From positions 1,536,001 through 1,600,000 of the forward strand of contig CBDFJR010000005.1 of NCBI GenBank assembly GCA_965248535.1: DNA of 64,000 nt. The letters are read 5' to 3'. The notes beneath the pieces are model-generated. The model was given only the letters and a program-made list of their open reading frames with translations, did not search any database and was not told the origin of the DNA. Both the position numbers and the translations under genes were made by a program. The DNA comes from Phormidesmis sp. GTDB taxonomy: Bacteria; Cyanobacteriota; Cyanobacteriia; Leptolyngbyales; Leptolyngbyaceae. Positions within the stretch are counted from its first letter, which is position 1. The number at the start of each line of letters is the position of its first letter. This document shows, piece after piece, positions 11,545 to 21,836 of this stretch.

Positions 11545-12141
11545 CTACCAAAACATCGATTCGAGTAAGCGAGAACCCCCAACTTTGAGGGCCAGGAGTG
11601 AATGCACGATCGCAAACCCAATCACCGTCGGCACCGTCATAAAGTGAACGATCCGCAAGGCTTGCCAATCGCCAAACAGATCGACAATCCAATAAAACTG
11701 CGCGGGTTTATACATGCCAATACCGCTCAAGATGGCCAGCAGCAACACGGGCACGATCGCCGTATAAACGATTCGATGCCAGGCGTAGGCCTTGCGTTTA
11801 GGATTTTTGCCGACTTGCAGCGCTTTGAGATCATTTTCTCCCACAAATCGATGCAGCCAGCGACGGCTGATCAGGATATAGAGTCCATACCCCAAGAGAT
11901 TAAGAGAAAAAATCCACATCGCGCCAAAGTGCCAGTCTCGCCCACCTGCAAGCCAGCCTCCGATGAAAATGGGCGGCAGATGCAATCCTTGTCGTCCGCC
12001 AAAAACGGGATTGGCGTTGTAGATCTGCAAGCCACTTCCCAACATGACAAAAAGACTCACCACGTTGACCCAGTGAAAGGTTTTTGCCAGCAGTGCTTGC
12101 TGCGGAAGAACGGGTTTAAGGCGAAGAGAATCATCGGTCAT
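11545..12141 (-). CDS. cytochrome b-type membrane partner (Ni/Fe-hydrogenase/thiosulfate-reductase cytochrome b family)
   Basis: Four TM segments with His ligands (FHW, WHF, VHF, VHS), SGLQIYNANP; 6 nt upstream of the Mo enzyme. Confidence 0.8.
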   Translation of the reverse strand: MTDDSLRLKPVLPQQALLAKTFHWVNVVSLFVMLGSGLQIYNANPVFGGRQGLHLPPIFIGGWLAGGRDWHFGAMWIFSLNLLGYGLYILISRRWLHRFVGENDLKALQVGKNPKRKAYAWHRIVYTAIVPVLLLAILSGIGMYKPAQFYWIVDLFGDWQALRIVHFMTVPTVIGFAIVHSLLALKVGGSRLLESMFW

Positions 12142-12513
12142 CGGTGAGCCTAGCAAAGGTGAGAAGGGTTATGTCTATTTTAAGCCGCCGGGTTGCCGCT
12201 TAGAGAGACCAGTCAGGTGAAACTCAGTCTGAGGCTAGACAATTCTCAAAAGCGGTTCAGATTATTCACGAGATTGGCGATCGTGCGGCCAGCGTTGATG
12301 ACCACTGCGATCGCTAATCTGAGATTAATTGAGTCTGTAGGAGGATGAGAAACCGAATGTTTTTAGGATTAAAAACTGCGATCTCAGGAACAATCTCAGG
12401 ATCTTGCAATCAGCGTTGCGCCTATCCTTATGCAGAGCATTCAGTAGCTTATATGACGGATGAACAACCCTTAGAAAGCTGATAGTAGTTAGAAGATATC
12501 TGAGGAAAGAGAG

Positions 12514-12906
12514 GTGAAAGGATTACTCCGATACCTACGGGAAATTAGCTTAAACAAAGCCGTCCTTTGGTGCTATCTGATTTGGTATGGGGTGATGGTT
12601 TATTTCTATTTTGATCCCTCTCCTAAAATCTGGCTGAATTCGATCGGCATCAGTGCCGTGATCGGTACAGCGCTGGTGTTGAGTGTCTCTGCCGGAGGTG
12701 GAAAACAAGATCATTGGCAAACCTTCAGACTATATCTGATGCCATTTTGCGTTTCAAGCTTTGCTGCATTAATCAAAGACAGAGGGTTTATCGTGTTTAT
12801 CTCACCCAACCTTCAAGAAACAGTGGTGTCAGCACTGGGTTGCCTATTGTTTCTGTTTCTCGTTTTAGTCGTTAAATTGTCTAAAAAGAAGGTCTTTAAT
12901 CTCTAG
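12514..12906 (+). CDS. hypothetical membrane protein
   Basis: 130-aa ORF with ~4 hydrophobic segments and a GAGG RBS. Confidence 0.7.
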   Translation: MKGLLRYLREISLNKAVLWCYLIWYGVMVYFYFDPSPKIWLNSIGISAVIGTALVLSVSAGGGKQDHWQTFRLYLMPFCVSSFAALIKDRGFIVFISPNLQETVVSALGCLLFLFLVLVVKLSKKKVFNL

Positions 12907-13045
12907 AAGCCTGGTCAAGCAGAGCCGCAATCTGCGATCGTCCACAAATCAACCCTACCTCATCCATAGATTGATTGCACCTCATCCCATTCCCAGTTAA
13001 CTTAGCAAAGAGTCCATTGTGGTTATGTCGGTGAGGAGAATTTGA

Positions 13046-13561
13046 ATGCCTGAAAAAGCCAGAGTCATTGCTGAAATGGTGCAGCATCTGCATGACGTTT
13101 TAGAACAACCCCACCCTGCCTTTGGAGGACTGCCGATCTGCCCTTTTGTAAAACAGGCTCGAATCAAAAACAAAATTGACTTTCGGGTGCAAGAGTTTGA
13201 GATGAAGGATCTTGATCCGTCTTCACCCCTGATGATTCACATTCATCACTTTGCTCAAATGCGGATACACGATGTGTTGTTCATCATTCATCCGATTAAA
13301 CAAGCTCTAAAGCCGTCGCAACTTGAACAGTTTGTTGACTGTTTAAACCAACCTCTACAGCCCCTCCAACTCACGGCATTTGGGGGGCATCCAGAAGACA
13401 ACTTCAAAATTCAAGACGTTTTAACTCGACAAGAACCCTATATCAACATCACGGTTCAGTCGATCGAGAAACTCAAGTCTGCTTCAGACCTACTAGCCAC
13501 TACTCACTACTATGACCATTGGCCGTCATCTGCCCTCAAAGCAGTTGGGTATCCTCGATGA
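13046..13561 (+). CDS. hypothetical protein, possibly DUF1415-related
   Basis: GAGGAG RBS; LPICPF, GHPED, TRQEPY and YY..W motifs. Confidence 0.6.
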   Translation: MPEKARVIAEMVQHLHDVLEQPHPAFGGLPICPFVKQARIKNKIDFRVQEFEMKDLDPSSPLMIHIHHFAQMRIHDVLFIIHPIKQALKPSQLEQFVDCLNQPLQPLQLTAFGGHPEDNFKIQDVLTRQEPYINITVQSIEKLKSASDLLATTHYYDHWPSSALKAVGYPR

Positions 13562-13589
13562 GATTGCGATCGCTGACCGAGGGCAACCA

Positions 13590-16240
13590 TCACAACTTCT
13601 CAATCTCTTTCTCAGTGCGCTGTTGACTGATGACATCTCCGTGGTGTTTAAAAGTTTCGGCTGCTTTTTGCAAGTCTGCTAACGCTGCTTTTTTGTTGCC
13701 CAGTGCACCCTGTGCCAGTCCTCGGTCTTCGTAAATCTCCGAATATTCTGGGTCAATTGCTAAAGCCCGATCGCAGTCTTCTAGCGCTTTTTTGTCGGCT
13801 AACTTAGCCCGAACATAGCAGCGCCGCGTGAAATTTGTGAGCGATTCTGAGTCTAGGGCGATCGCCCGATCGCAATCAGCAAGTGCCCCTTTAAACTCAC
13901 CCAGTCCACGGGCGCGGGCATAACAGCGAGTGCTGTGAGCAAGACTGTTGTCAGACTCTAGCCGAATTGCTTGATTAGCATCGGCGATCGCGCCCTGATA
14001 GTCGCTCTGCACAGTGCGAATACTCGATCGTCGGAGATACAAGTCTGAATCTGGCTTTAATTGAATCGCCTGATCGAGATCTTGCAGCGCTCCTGCATAA
14101 TCGAACACCCGTTGTCTATCACTCGATCGCTCCGAATAAGCCGCAATGTTTTTAGGATCAATCCGCAGGGCTTGGGTGTAATCAGCGATCGCACCCTTAG
14201 CATCGACTAGAGAACGAGCTAATCCTCTCTTATAGTAAGCATCGCTGCTGTTGGGATCTAGTCGAATGGCACGGGTGAATTTAGCGATCGCGCCTTCCTT
14301 ATTTCCGTTTTCTAGGTTTGTTTGCCCCAACTCAATGAGCTTGCTCGCCGTTAAAGGAGTTTTGCGAGTAGTTGCCAACGCCATAAAACTTTCAGACTGC
14401 ACTTTCTCAGAAGTCACCGAGCTAGTTCCGCTAATGCTGCGAATGCTGCCCAGAGATTCCATAATGCCATCCAGTTCAGGACTCTTTTTGCTAATGCCCG
14501 TGCTAACGCCCATTAATGGCACGATCGTGCTGTTAATTAGGGACAGCACGGCCCCTCCGTTGATATAGAAATAACCTTGATTTGCGGTTGAGAGGGGCGC
14601 GATCGCGGCTTTGAAATTTGCAGACTGAGTTAGCGATCGGGCTGGCTTAGGGCTGAATTCGGCGATCGCGCCCCCGCCACCGAGAATCAAGACGGTATCT
14701 TGACTCACCCAACCGTGAGACAGAATACTCTGAGGTTTGCCTTGAGCAGGCAGATCCCAAGTAGTCACGGGCTGCCCTTGAAGGGTGCGAGTGTTGACCA
14801 CTTTTTTGTCGATGCGAGTTTGAGCCACGCGATCGAGTTTGCTGAGAGCGGCTTCGGCGGCAGCACGATCGCGAGTTTGAATCATCAAACCAAACCCCAA
14901 GTCAAGGTTAGGAACGGTAGCGGGCAAAAAGCCTTGACGAGTAGGATATATAAACGTCGCCATCTCGCCGTTCATCCACGGAAAGAAGTCGCGATCGTCG
15001 AATCCGACTAAGCTCTGACTCGATTGACGAAACTGCGCTAGTCCTTTCTTAGTGGAGGGATCAAGTTCTAACCCTTTGATGAGTGCTTGCCAAATCAGCG
15101 CTATATTCTGACCATTAGAGACAACATAACTGACCTCTGGGAGCCGCTCTAAAATTTGATTGCGGTTGGTCGATAAGGTCAACAATGATGGCGGAATTGC
15201 CTGCTTAAAATGGATATCAATCTGCATGTGCAGTCCGTCAGGTTGTGCCCACACAGCGCCATCCATCACGTCATAATAGCGACTCAAAACATCCAGCTTT
15301 TTAGAGTCGAGTTGGGGAGGACGGGGAAACCCAGGCGGCAGCGCATTGCTCTGAGCTTGATTGAAGGCAGTAGCGGCAGCGAGAATCTGAGTATAGTCGC
15401 CGTAACCTGTGATTAGCGGCTGTACAGGTTCACCAGAGAGCGATCGTTGAAACTGCGATCGCAGGGTGCGCTGAAACAAGGGGTTAGCGGCAAGCTTGCT
15501 TTCTGTCTGAGCGTCGATCAGTTGTTGAATTGGCTCAATCGTCAGCGCCGTGACCACATAGCCCGGAAGAATCGCGATCGCCAACCCTTTAGGCGCAAAC
15601 GGCGAGGCGATCGGGGATGTCTTGTGAGAAGAGGACGGTGGGGGCAAGTTTGGCAACGGAACTGCCAGCAGATCAGGGGTCGCTGCCGTTGAGAAGGATT
15701 TGCTGACAGTCGTCAGTGCCCTGGGCTGCCCAACTCGTGCTTCAGGACAAGGTTTCTTTTCAACGCCTGCGCCGCAGGGTGTGACTGCTGGCTTGGGGGG
15801 CTGCCACTCTAAAATGGTGATGCCTTGATAGTGATGCTCGATCGCGACGGTTTTGCGGGCTGCTTTCAACCGTTCTAAAAACGCTGGAATCAGTGTGGTG
15901 TCTTTGATCGAGGCAATCGTGAGCGCCCGATCGGGGTGAGATTTGAGAGGGAGTAGCGCGATCGCTACTTGATTTCCCAACCAGGGTTGAATATCTGTAG
16001 AAAAATTAAGCCCCGGCTGAATCGGGTAAAAACTACCAGGAAAGGAAAAATCGGCGGGAAACAATCCAAAGCGACTGAGTTCTTCCCACGTTTTTTCTTG
16101 AGTGTTGATCAATAACACGCCTGGCGGTGTCGCCTAGGCAACAGATCAGCAACCGAGTTTGAACCCGTCTGGGCAAACGCAGCACTAGGAGTGAGAATCA
16201 GAGCAGACAGAACAGGTAGCAGAAATCGATTGAGCAGCAT
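13590..16240 (-). CDS. exported DUF3352-like protein with C-terminal TPR array; frameshifted near 16120-16140
   Basis: ORF 13590..16118 (DIQPWLGNQVAIA, PWMNGE, TPRs) lacks an N-terminus; a signal peptide MLLNRFLLPVLSALILTPSAAFAQ starts at ATG 16240 in another frame. Confidence 0.75.
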
Positions 16241-16248
16241 GAACGTAG

Positions 16249-16640
16249 TTATGAATGGTTTGCCTGAAGACGTTGAATGTCTGCGATCGACAGTTCGGTC
16301 ACCAGCGCGATCGTTTCGATATCAATCCCTTGTTGTAGCAATTTAGTCGCAACCGATCGACGCTCTTCTTCGCGCCCTCGTTGCCGTCCTCCTTCGAGGC
16401 CCTCTTGCAAAATCTCTTGGTAAATCACAGAATCCTTCATCTGTTCTCTCCATAACACTCGACTAATTATATCTTTCTCCAATATTAAACTAGCTAAGAT
16501 TCCGGTTGCCGTAATCAGGTTATTTTGTTGTCTTTGATCTTCAACCCGCTTGATTTCTTGAACGACACGACGCAACGCGGCTTCTCGATCGCTGGTTTGA
16601 CTCAGTGCCAAATAGGGTAATAAAAGGCTCTTGCAATTCT
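16249..16640 (-). pseudogene. C-terminal remnant of an Rpn family (recombination-promoting nuclease/putative transposase) gene
   Basis: LLPYLALSQT..., MKDSVIYQEILQEG..GR..GREE..VA.KLL..G tail; the PD-(D/E)xK N-terminal half is absent. Confidence 0.75.
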
Positions 16641-16766
16641 GGTATGACCGCTCTCCTAGAAAGTTAGGTGAGGTCGATTGAGATGTATCTAATCGATTAA
16701 TAAATCTATCAACAATGCCGAGGGAAACTCTATTTTTGCGCCCGTCTCTACCGGGATTCATATTGT

Positions 16767-18227
16767 TCAGCAGGGTGGTTGATCGAGCCTCCAATCGTGC
16801 AGGGGGGCATATAGCGATCGAGAGCGGTGCCAGGCGGCTTCTAACTCTGGGGTGAGAGGATTGGGGTTAATCGCTCGATCGGGGTTCGTTGGGTGAGGAA
16901 TTGCGCTGATCGTGCGATAGACTCCTGTTCCTAGCCCTGCCAAGATCGCTGCTCCTCGACCAGAGGCAGATGACACGGTTGACCTATAGAGGGGCACTTG
17001 CAGCACGTCTGCGATTAACTGCTGCCAGGCAGAATCGACCGCGCCGCCTCCTGCCAGGGTGAGGGCTGGCACCGAGATTCCTAACGCTGTGAGCGCCTCT
17101 AGACCTTGCTTTAGCGAAAACGCAACGCCTTCTAACGCTGATCGCATTAAGTGCGATCGCGAGTGATGCAACCCCAACCCAACCCAGGCTCCTCGTGCAT
17201 TGGGGTCGAGATAAGGGGTGCGCTCTCCGGTCAGATAGGGTAAAAAGGTCAGTCCTTCACAGCCTGGCGGCACGGCAAACGCTTGAGCATAGACTTGTTG
17301 CCACGTTAGTCCCAGGATGTCGCGCACCCATTCCAACGCCAAGCCCGCATTTTGAAGCGCGGCCAAGGCATACCACTGCTGAGGCAATGCCGATCGATAT
17401 AAATGAGTGCGGTTTTGAGGATCGGCGATCGGCTGATCGCGCAGGCTAACGATTTGGGCACCCGTGCCGATCGTCAGTTGCACTACACCCGGCTTCAAGA
17501 TACCACTGCCCAGCAGGGCAGCGGCGGTGTCGGCGGCTCCAGCGACTACAGGCAAACCAGGGGGCAAGCCTAAATGGTCTGACGCTTCGGGAGTCAGAGA
17601 TCCAGCAATGCTGCTAGACGGAATCAGGCTAGGGAGCCAGTCCGATCGTAGATTCAAAGCATCGATCACCGTCAGCGACCAGCGATCTTTGACAACGTTA
17701 TACAGTAAGGTGCCTGATGCGTCAGAGGGTTCTGTAGCGACCTCTCCCGTGAGCCGAAACCGGAGCCAATCTTTGGGCTGAAGGGCCCATCGAGCGCTGT
17801 TGTATAGATCTCGTTCATAGGTGCGAAGCCAGAGCAAACTCGTGCCTGCCATTCCGGTGGTGATGGGGTTGGCGAGTTTGGCTTGCAGCCCTGCCCCGAT
17901 CGCGTGATAAGCATAGAGCATTTCGCTCGATCGCGTGTCGGCCCAAAGCATTGCGGGGTAGAGCGGTTGAGCATTGGCATTGGTTAAAACAACGCCGTGC
18001 ATCTGCCCCGATAGCCCGATCGCTCGGACTGCTTGCTTCTGATCTCGCACCGCCGATCGAACGGCGATCGCCACCGATGCCCACCAATCTAACGGATTGA
18101 TCTCTGCCCACCCCGATCGGGGTGTTTGCACCAAATAAGCACTCGACCCTTCGGACACCAGGGTGCCATCCTGTCCCAACAGCACCGCCTTCACAGAACT
18201 GGTTCCTAAATCAATGCCCAGCAGCAT
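16767..18227 (-). CDS. xylB: xylulokinase (FGGY family)
   Basis: GIDLGTSSVK, SGQMHG, WADTR, PKDWLR, SDASGT, PYLTGERTP. Confidence 0.85.
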   Translation of the reverse strand: MLLGIDLGTSSVKAVLLGQDGTLVSEGSSAYLVQTPRSGWAEINPLDWWASVAIAVRSAVRDQKQAVRAIGLSGQMHGVVLTNANAQPLYPAMLWADTRSSEMLYAYHAIGAGLQAKLANPITTGMAGTSLLWLRTYERDLYNSARWALQPKDWLRFRLTGEVATEPSDASGTLLYNVVKDRWSLTVIDALNLRSDWLPSLIPSSSIAGSLTPEASDHLGLPPGLPVVAGAADTAAALLGSGILKPGVVQLTIGTGAQIVSLRDQPIADPQNRTHLYRSALPQQWYALAALQNAGLALEWVRDILGLTWQQVYAQAFAVPPGCEGLTFLPYLTGERTPYLDPNARGAWVGLGLHHSRSHLMRSALEGVAFSLKQGLEALTALGISVPALTLAGGGAVDSAWQQLIADVLQVPLYRSTVSSASGRGAAILAGLGTGVYRTISAIPHPTNPDRAINPNPLTPELEAAWHRSRSLYAPLHDWRLDQPPC

Positions 18228-18363
18228 AGTTCGTCTTTAATGGTGGATCAGGAAATGGTGGATCAGGAAGCACGAAAATCTCTAGCTCTAGATCAATGGG
18301 CTAAAAAAATAGAGCCAACCCCGCAGGGCAAACTCTATCTCAGCTTTATAAATTGCCAGCCAC

Positions 18364-18783
18364 TCAGGAGTCAAACAACCAGGCATTCACGCGCTGCAAG
18401 CTCTTCCAGTCGGGCTTGCGCGTAAACCCATCGGCAATATTTTGCTTGACTTCATCACCCAACTCAGGCAGCGTCGTCAACTGTTGAGCAATCTCAATGT
18501 GAGGTCTCACCCCAGGCTTTGACAGGTCTAACATCGCTATCACAAGATTGACTCGCGCTTGAGGGTCTTGAGGGTTGAGCTTTACCGCTTTTTGGGCAGA
18601 TGTCAGCGCCAGAGATGGCTTGTCTGCCAGCAAATAGAGCCAGGCTAAACACGTCCAGGCAGAGCTGCTCTTGCGAGAGCGATCGCAGATGTCTTTAAAA
18701 ACCGGAATCAACACCTCTGGATCTTCTCCAGATTTATAGCGTTCAAGCCCCTGGTCAAAAAGCGCTTCAATAGTTTGGGTCAT
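18364..18783 (-). CDS. conserved cyanobacterial TPR protein
   Basis: AWTCLAWLYLL...AQKAVKLNPQDPQARVNL TPR, directly downstream of sufA. Confidence 0.8.
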   Translation of the reverse strand: MTQTIEALFDQGLERYKSGEDPEVLIPVFKDICDRSRKSSSAWTCLAWLYLLADKPSLALTSAQKAVKLNPQDPQARVNLVIAMLDLSKPGVRPHIEIAQQLTTLPELGDEVKQNIADGFTRKPDWKSLQRVNAWLFDS

Positions 18784-18852
18784 GATCGAGCTAGAAAATT
18801 GAACAACACAATAGATTCAGTCATTATCGAGGAATCTATGACCAACCAGCCA

Positions 18853-19209
18853 TTAGGCAGAAAATGATTTTCCGCAGCCGCAGGTGGCACTCGCGTTGGG
18901 GTTGGTAAATTGAAACCCGCCGCCAATCAGCGCATCACTATAGTCCAGCATCAGACCATAGAGATAGAGCAGACTTTTAGGGTCACTAATGACCTGAAAG
19001 CCACCATAGTCATAAACCTCATCGTCAGGACGAATGTTGGTCGGATCTTCAAAATCCATTGTGTAAGACATGCCAGAGCAACCGCCGCCCCTGACCCCGA
19101 CGCGAAGGCAAAGATCCGTTCCTTGCCGTTCTCGCAGCAGCATCACATGTTTAAGCGCGGTCTCGCTCATCATAATTCCGCGTTGTTGAGACTGGGTTGT
19201 TTGTGTCAT
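18853..19209 (-). CDS. sufA: A-type Fe-S cluster carrier (SufA/IscA, Ycf57)
   Basis: GGCSGMSY, DYSDALIGGGFQFTNPNA, TCGCGKSF. Confidence 0.9.
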   Translation of the reverse strand: MTQTTQSQQRGIMMSETALKHVMLLRERQGTDLCLRVGVRGGGCSGMSYTMDFEDPTNIRPDDEVYDYGGFQVISDPKSLLYLYGLMLDYSDALIGGGFQFTNPNASATCGCGKSFSA

Positions 19210-19429
19210 TTGCCCGTCTGACTCCTTGGCTAGGTCAAAAAATGTGATTGTGTTTATGTCACTATCTTATCGATTATTTGCTGAAAACTGATTCGTGACG
19301 CATAACTTGACCTGGCTGGCTATGCTGAAGAGGCGGCTTTGCAGAATGTCGGTGAGGAAAAGGATTAACGTTTAAGATAAGGTCTATCGTCTAAAAGTCT
19401 GTTCCGTTCTTCTGTTATCTGGCTTGGTT

Positions 19430-21073
19430 ATGACTGGTCTCAATCGTGCTACTCGTCGTCGGCTGCTCGACTTGCCGCAGCTTCCCAGCGTATGGGAGGG
19501 CGATCGTCGCCCCCTCTCATCGGGTTCGCCGCTTGGGCAGACCGACTGGGCAGAGCCGGCCTCATCCCTATCTAAGCCAGACGGTGATTGCATTCTCTGG
19601 GTTGATGGGTCGATGGGGGTGGTGCGAGCGATGGATATGGTGCCCGCCGAGACCGGGCTAGAAGCGATCGTGCGTACCCTGCTGCGGGCCATGGAGCATC
19701 CTCACAACCCCGGTAAGCCGGGCAGACCTCAAAAGATTGTGGTGCGCGATCGTGAAACCCAGTTTTATCTCAGGGGCGTGCTGCAAGATTTAGACATCGT
19801 GCTCGACTATGTGCCCGAACTGCCGCTGATCGATGAAATTTTTCGCGGCTTTCAAGAAGTCGCTGACACGCGCCCGCCTAAATTGCCGCCCCAGTTTGCC
19901 GAGATGCTCATCGAGAAGGCCGAAGAGATTTGGCAAGATGCCCCCTGGGAAGTGCTGGGCGATCATCAGATTTTAGACATTGAGCTAAACCAGTGGGATC
20001 TGGGCACCGTCTATGCCTCGGTGATGGGCATGTTGGGCATGGAGTATGGCGTTTTGCTCTATCGATCGCTCGATTCGCTCAAGCAATTTCGGCAGCGAGT
20101 GCTGGCTAACGAATCGCTCGAACAGATGGAAGAGGCGTTTTTAGGGCAAGACTGTTTATTCATCACCTATGAGTCTGATCACGACGATGAAGAATTTGAC
20201 GAAGACGACTTTGACTTGGCTGACTCAGATGACCCAGATATTCAGCCTGTGTTTGGCAACCTGCACCCGTTAGAGGGCATTCGATCGTTTCTCTATGACG
20301 AAGAAGCGATCGCGCTGGTGGTAGTGCTAGAGGCTTTGCATCGCTTTATGCGTCAGCACCGTCGCAAGCTAGAAGGCGATGCGTTTCCGTCGATTAGCAG
20401 TCGCTATAAGATTCCGGTGCCCGAAGGTGCCGCAGCAGAGGCAGCGCTGGTGTCGGTCAAAGTGGCGACGATGCCCGATGTCGCTGATGAACTGTTTGCC
20501 CTGGTGGGCGATGATGAGGATGCGGTTTTTCCGATCATTCGGGATGATCTCGTGCCCGAAAACTCGTTTCTCAGTTTGGGGGTGATTCCTTGGGAGACGG
20601 TCGAGCGGATGCGATCGCAGCTTGACCATCACCAATCAGGAGAACCCGCCGAGGCTGGAGAAGGACTGCCTGTGATTTTGATTCAGACCTCGCGCCCTAA
20701 GGCTAAGGCAATGATTGCTGAGATTCAGTCGGCTGGAGGCATTAAGGGAATTTGCTTTAACCCTGGCTCTGACCCGTTTGTAGGCGATCATTACGATCTG
20801 GGGCTGTTGCAAACTGGCAATGATGAGCTTCACCTGTTTGGGGAGTTTGCCGAAGATGACCCCACCCATCTGCAAGCGAGAAAGAAGTGGGATCAGCGCT
20901 GCAAAAAGACTAAAGGCTATTGTGGTTTGGTGATTGCTAAAGGGTTGACGGGGGCAAGTCGCGGTGAGCCGAGCCTCAAAGATATGGTGGCGCTGTTTGA
21001 GGTGCCGGCGATCGGGTCTGAACAGCTAGGGCTGGGCACTCTCGAACGCAAGTTTGCGGCTGATTGGCTCTAA
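19430..21073 (+). CDS. conserved cyanobacterial hypothetical protein
   Basis: Long acidic ORF with VWEGDRR, CILWVDG, SVMGMLG.EYG and LHP.EG.R blocks. Confidence 0.8.
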   Translation: MTGLNRATRRRLLDLPQLPSVWEGDRRPLSSGSPLGQTDWAEPASSLSKPDGDCILWVDGSMGVVRAMDMVPAETGLEAIVRTLLRAMEHPHNPGKPGRPQKIVVRDRETQFYLRGVLQDLDIVLDYVPELPLIDEIFRGFQEVADTRPPKLPPQFAEMLIEKAEEIWQDAPWEVLGDHQILDIELNQWDLGTVYASVMGMLGMEYGVLLYRSLDSLKQFRQRVLANESLEQMEEAFLGQDCLFITYESDHDDEEFDEDDFDLADSDDPDIQPVFGNLHPLEGIRSFLYDEEAIALVVVLEALHRFMRQHRRKLEGDAFPSISSRYKIPVPEGAAAEAALVSVKVATMPDVADELFALVGDDEDAVFPIIRDDLVPENSFLSLGVIPWETVERMRSQLDHHQSGEPAEAGEGLPVILIQTSRPKAKAMIAEIQSAGGIKGICFNPGSDPFVGDHYDLGLLQTGNDELHLFGEFAEDDPTHLQARKKWDQRCKKTKGYCGLVIAKGLTGASRGEPSLKDMVALFEVPAIGSEQLGLGTLERKFAADWL

Positions 21074-21080
21074 GGAAGGC

Positions 21081-21205
21081 GGATTGATTAAGGTGCCCCT
21101 CTTTGAAGATGTAAGGGGGCTGAAGCCGACCGAAACGCAGTGACAAAGACTTTGTACACCGTAGCTCTTTGGGGCTAGGGCGAGAAGTTGCCCCTTAATC
21201 AACCC
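21081..21205. repeat. degenerate small inverted-repeat element
   Basis: GGATTGATTAAGGTGC matches the reverse complement of GCCCCTTAATCAACCC at 14/16 positions; internal CCCCTCTTT..AAGGGGG. Confidence 0.4.
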
Positions 21206-21212
21206 ACGATCT

Positions 21213-21581
21213 TTAGAGGGCGGCTGCCTTTTGACGAGTGGGGCGTTTGCGGTCTGATTTCTTTTTTAAGCCAACCGATTGGGCTTCGTTGCTGTCGGCA
21301 CCAAACTGTCCTCGCACGACTTCTTTCATGGCTAAGACTGCGTTGTGAAATTCCCATTCTGCGAGGCGGGCGGCATCGGCGGCGGCGCGATAAAGGGCAA
21401 GTTTCTCGGTTTCGGCTTGCTGGGATGCCAGCATGGTTTGATAGGTTCGCTGTAGGGCTGTGGGGGTGGCTTCTGGGCGTTGGGTGCTATAACCCTGGAT
21501 GGTGTTGAAGCCGTTGAGAGCGTCAACGTCTTGGTTGAGCATTTGGGCGGCTAGACGGCGACTGGTGTTTTGGGGTGGCAT
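21213..21581 (-). CDS. small helical hypothetical protein with a basic C-terminal tail
   Basis: 122-aa Ala/Gln-rich ORF ending GQFGADSNEAQSVGLKKKSDRKRPTRQK. Confidence 0.8.
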   Translation of the reverse strand: MPPQNTSRRLAAQMLNQDVDALNGFNTIQGYSTQRPEATPTALQRTYQTMLASQQAETEKLALYRAAADAARLAEWEFHNAVLAMKEVVRGQFGADSNEAQSVGLKKKSDRKRPTRQKAAAL

Positions 21582-21674
21582 AGCGTGTCTGCGTATTAAA
21601 CGATAAGTTTAGTGTGCCCAAGAGAACTTATGAACCAACGTAAATCTTCGGGTTTTAGAGATGCTGGAGATCTG

Positions 21675-21812
21675 ATACCAATTTGATTTGTGAATGCGAC
21701 AGATCCGCACGAGGGCACGGCAGTGCCATGCCCGTACAAAAAGCGTAGGGGCATGGCATGCCGTGCCCCGTCGGATTGAACGATCAGTCGCAATTGCATC
21801 CGAAATTGGTAT
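21675..21812. mobile_element. MITE/REPIN-like nested palindromic element
   Basis: Terminal IR ATACCAATTT/AAATTGGTAT, inner IR TGCGACAGATC/GATCAGTCGCA, and a central inverted pair of REP palindromes (21713-21737, 21745-21769). Confidence 0.7.
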
Positions 21813-21836
21813 GAACTCGTTGGATGAGGTTTGAGG

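Noticed and set aside
18240..18269. 15-bp tandem duplication ATGGTGGATCAGGAA, and a 12-bp one at 62274-62297
   Set aside because: Two-copy intergenic duplications that fit simple slippage, with no further structure.
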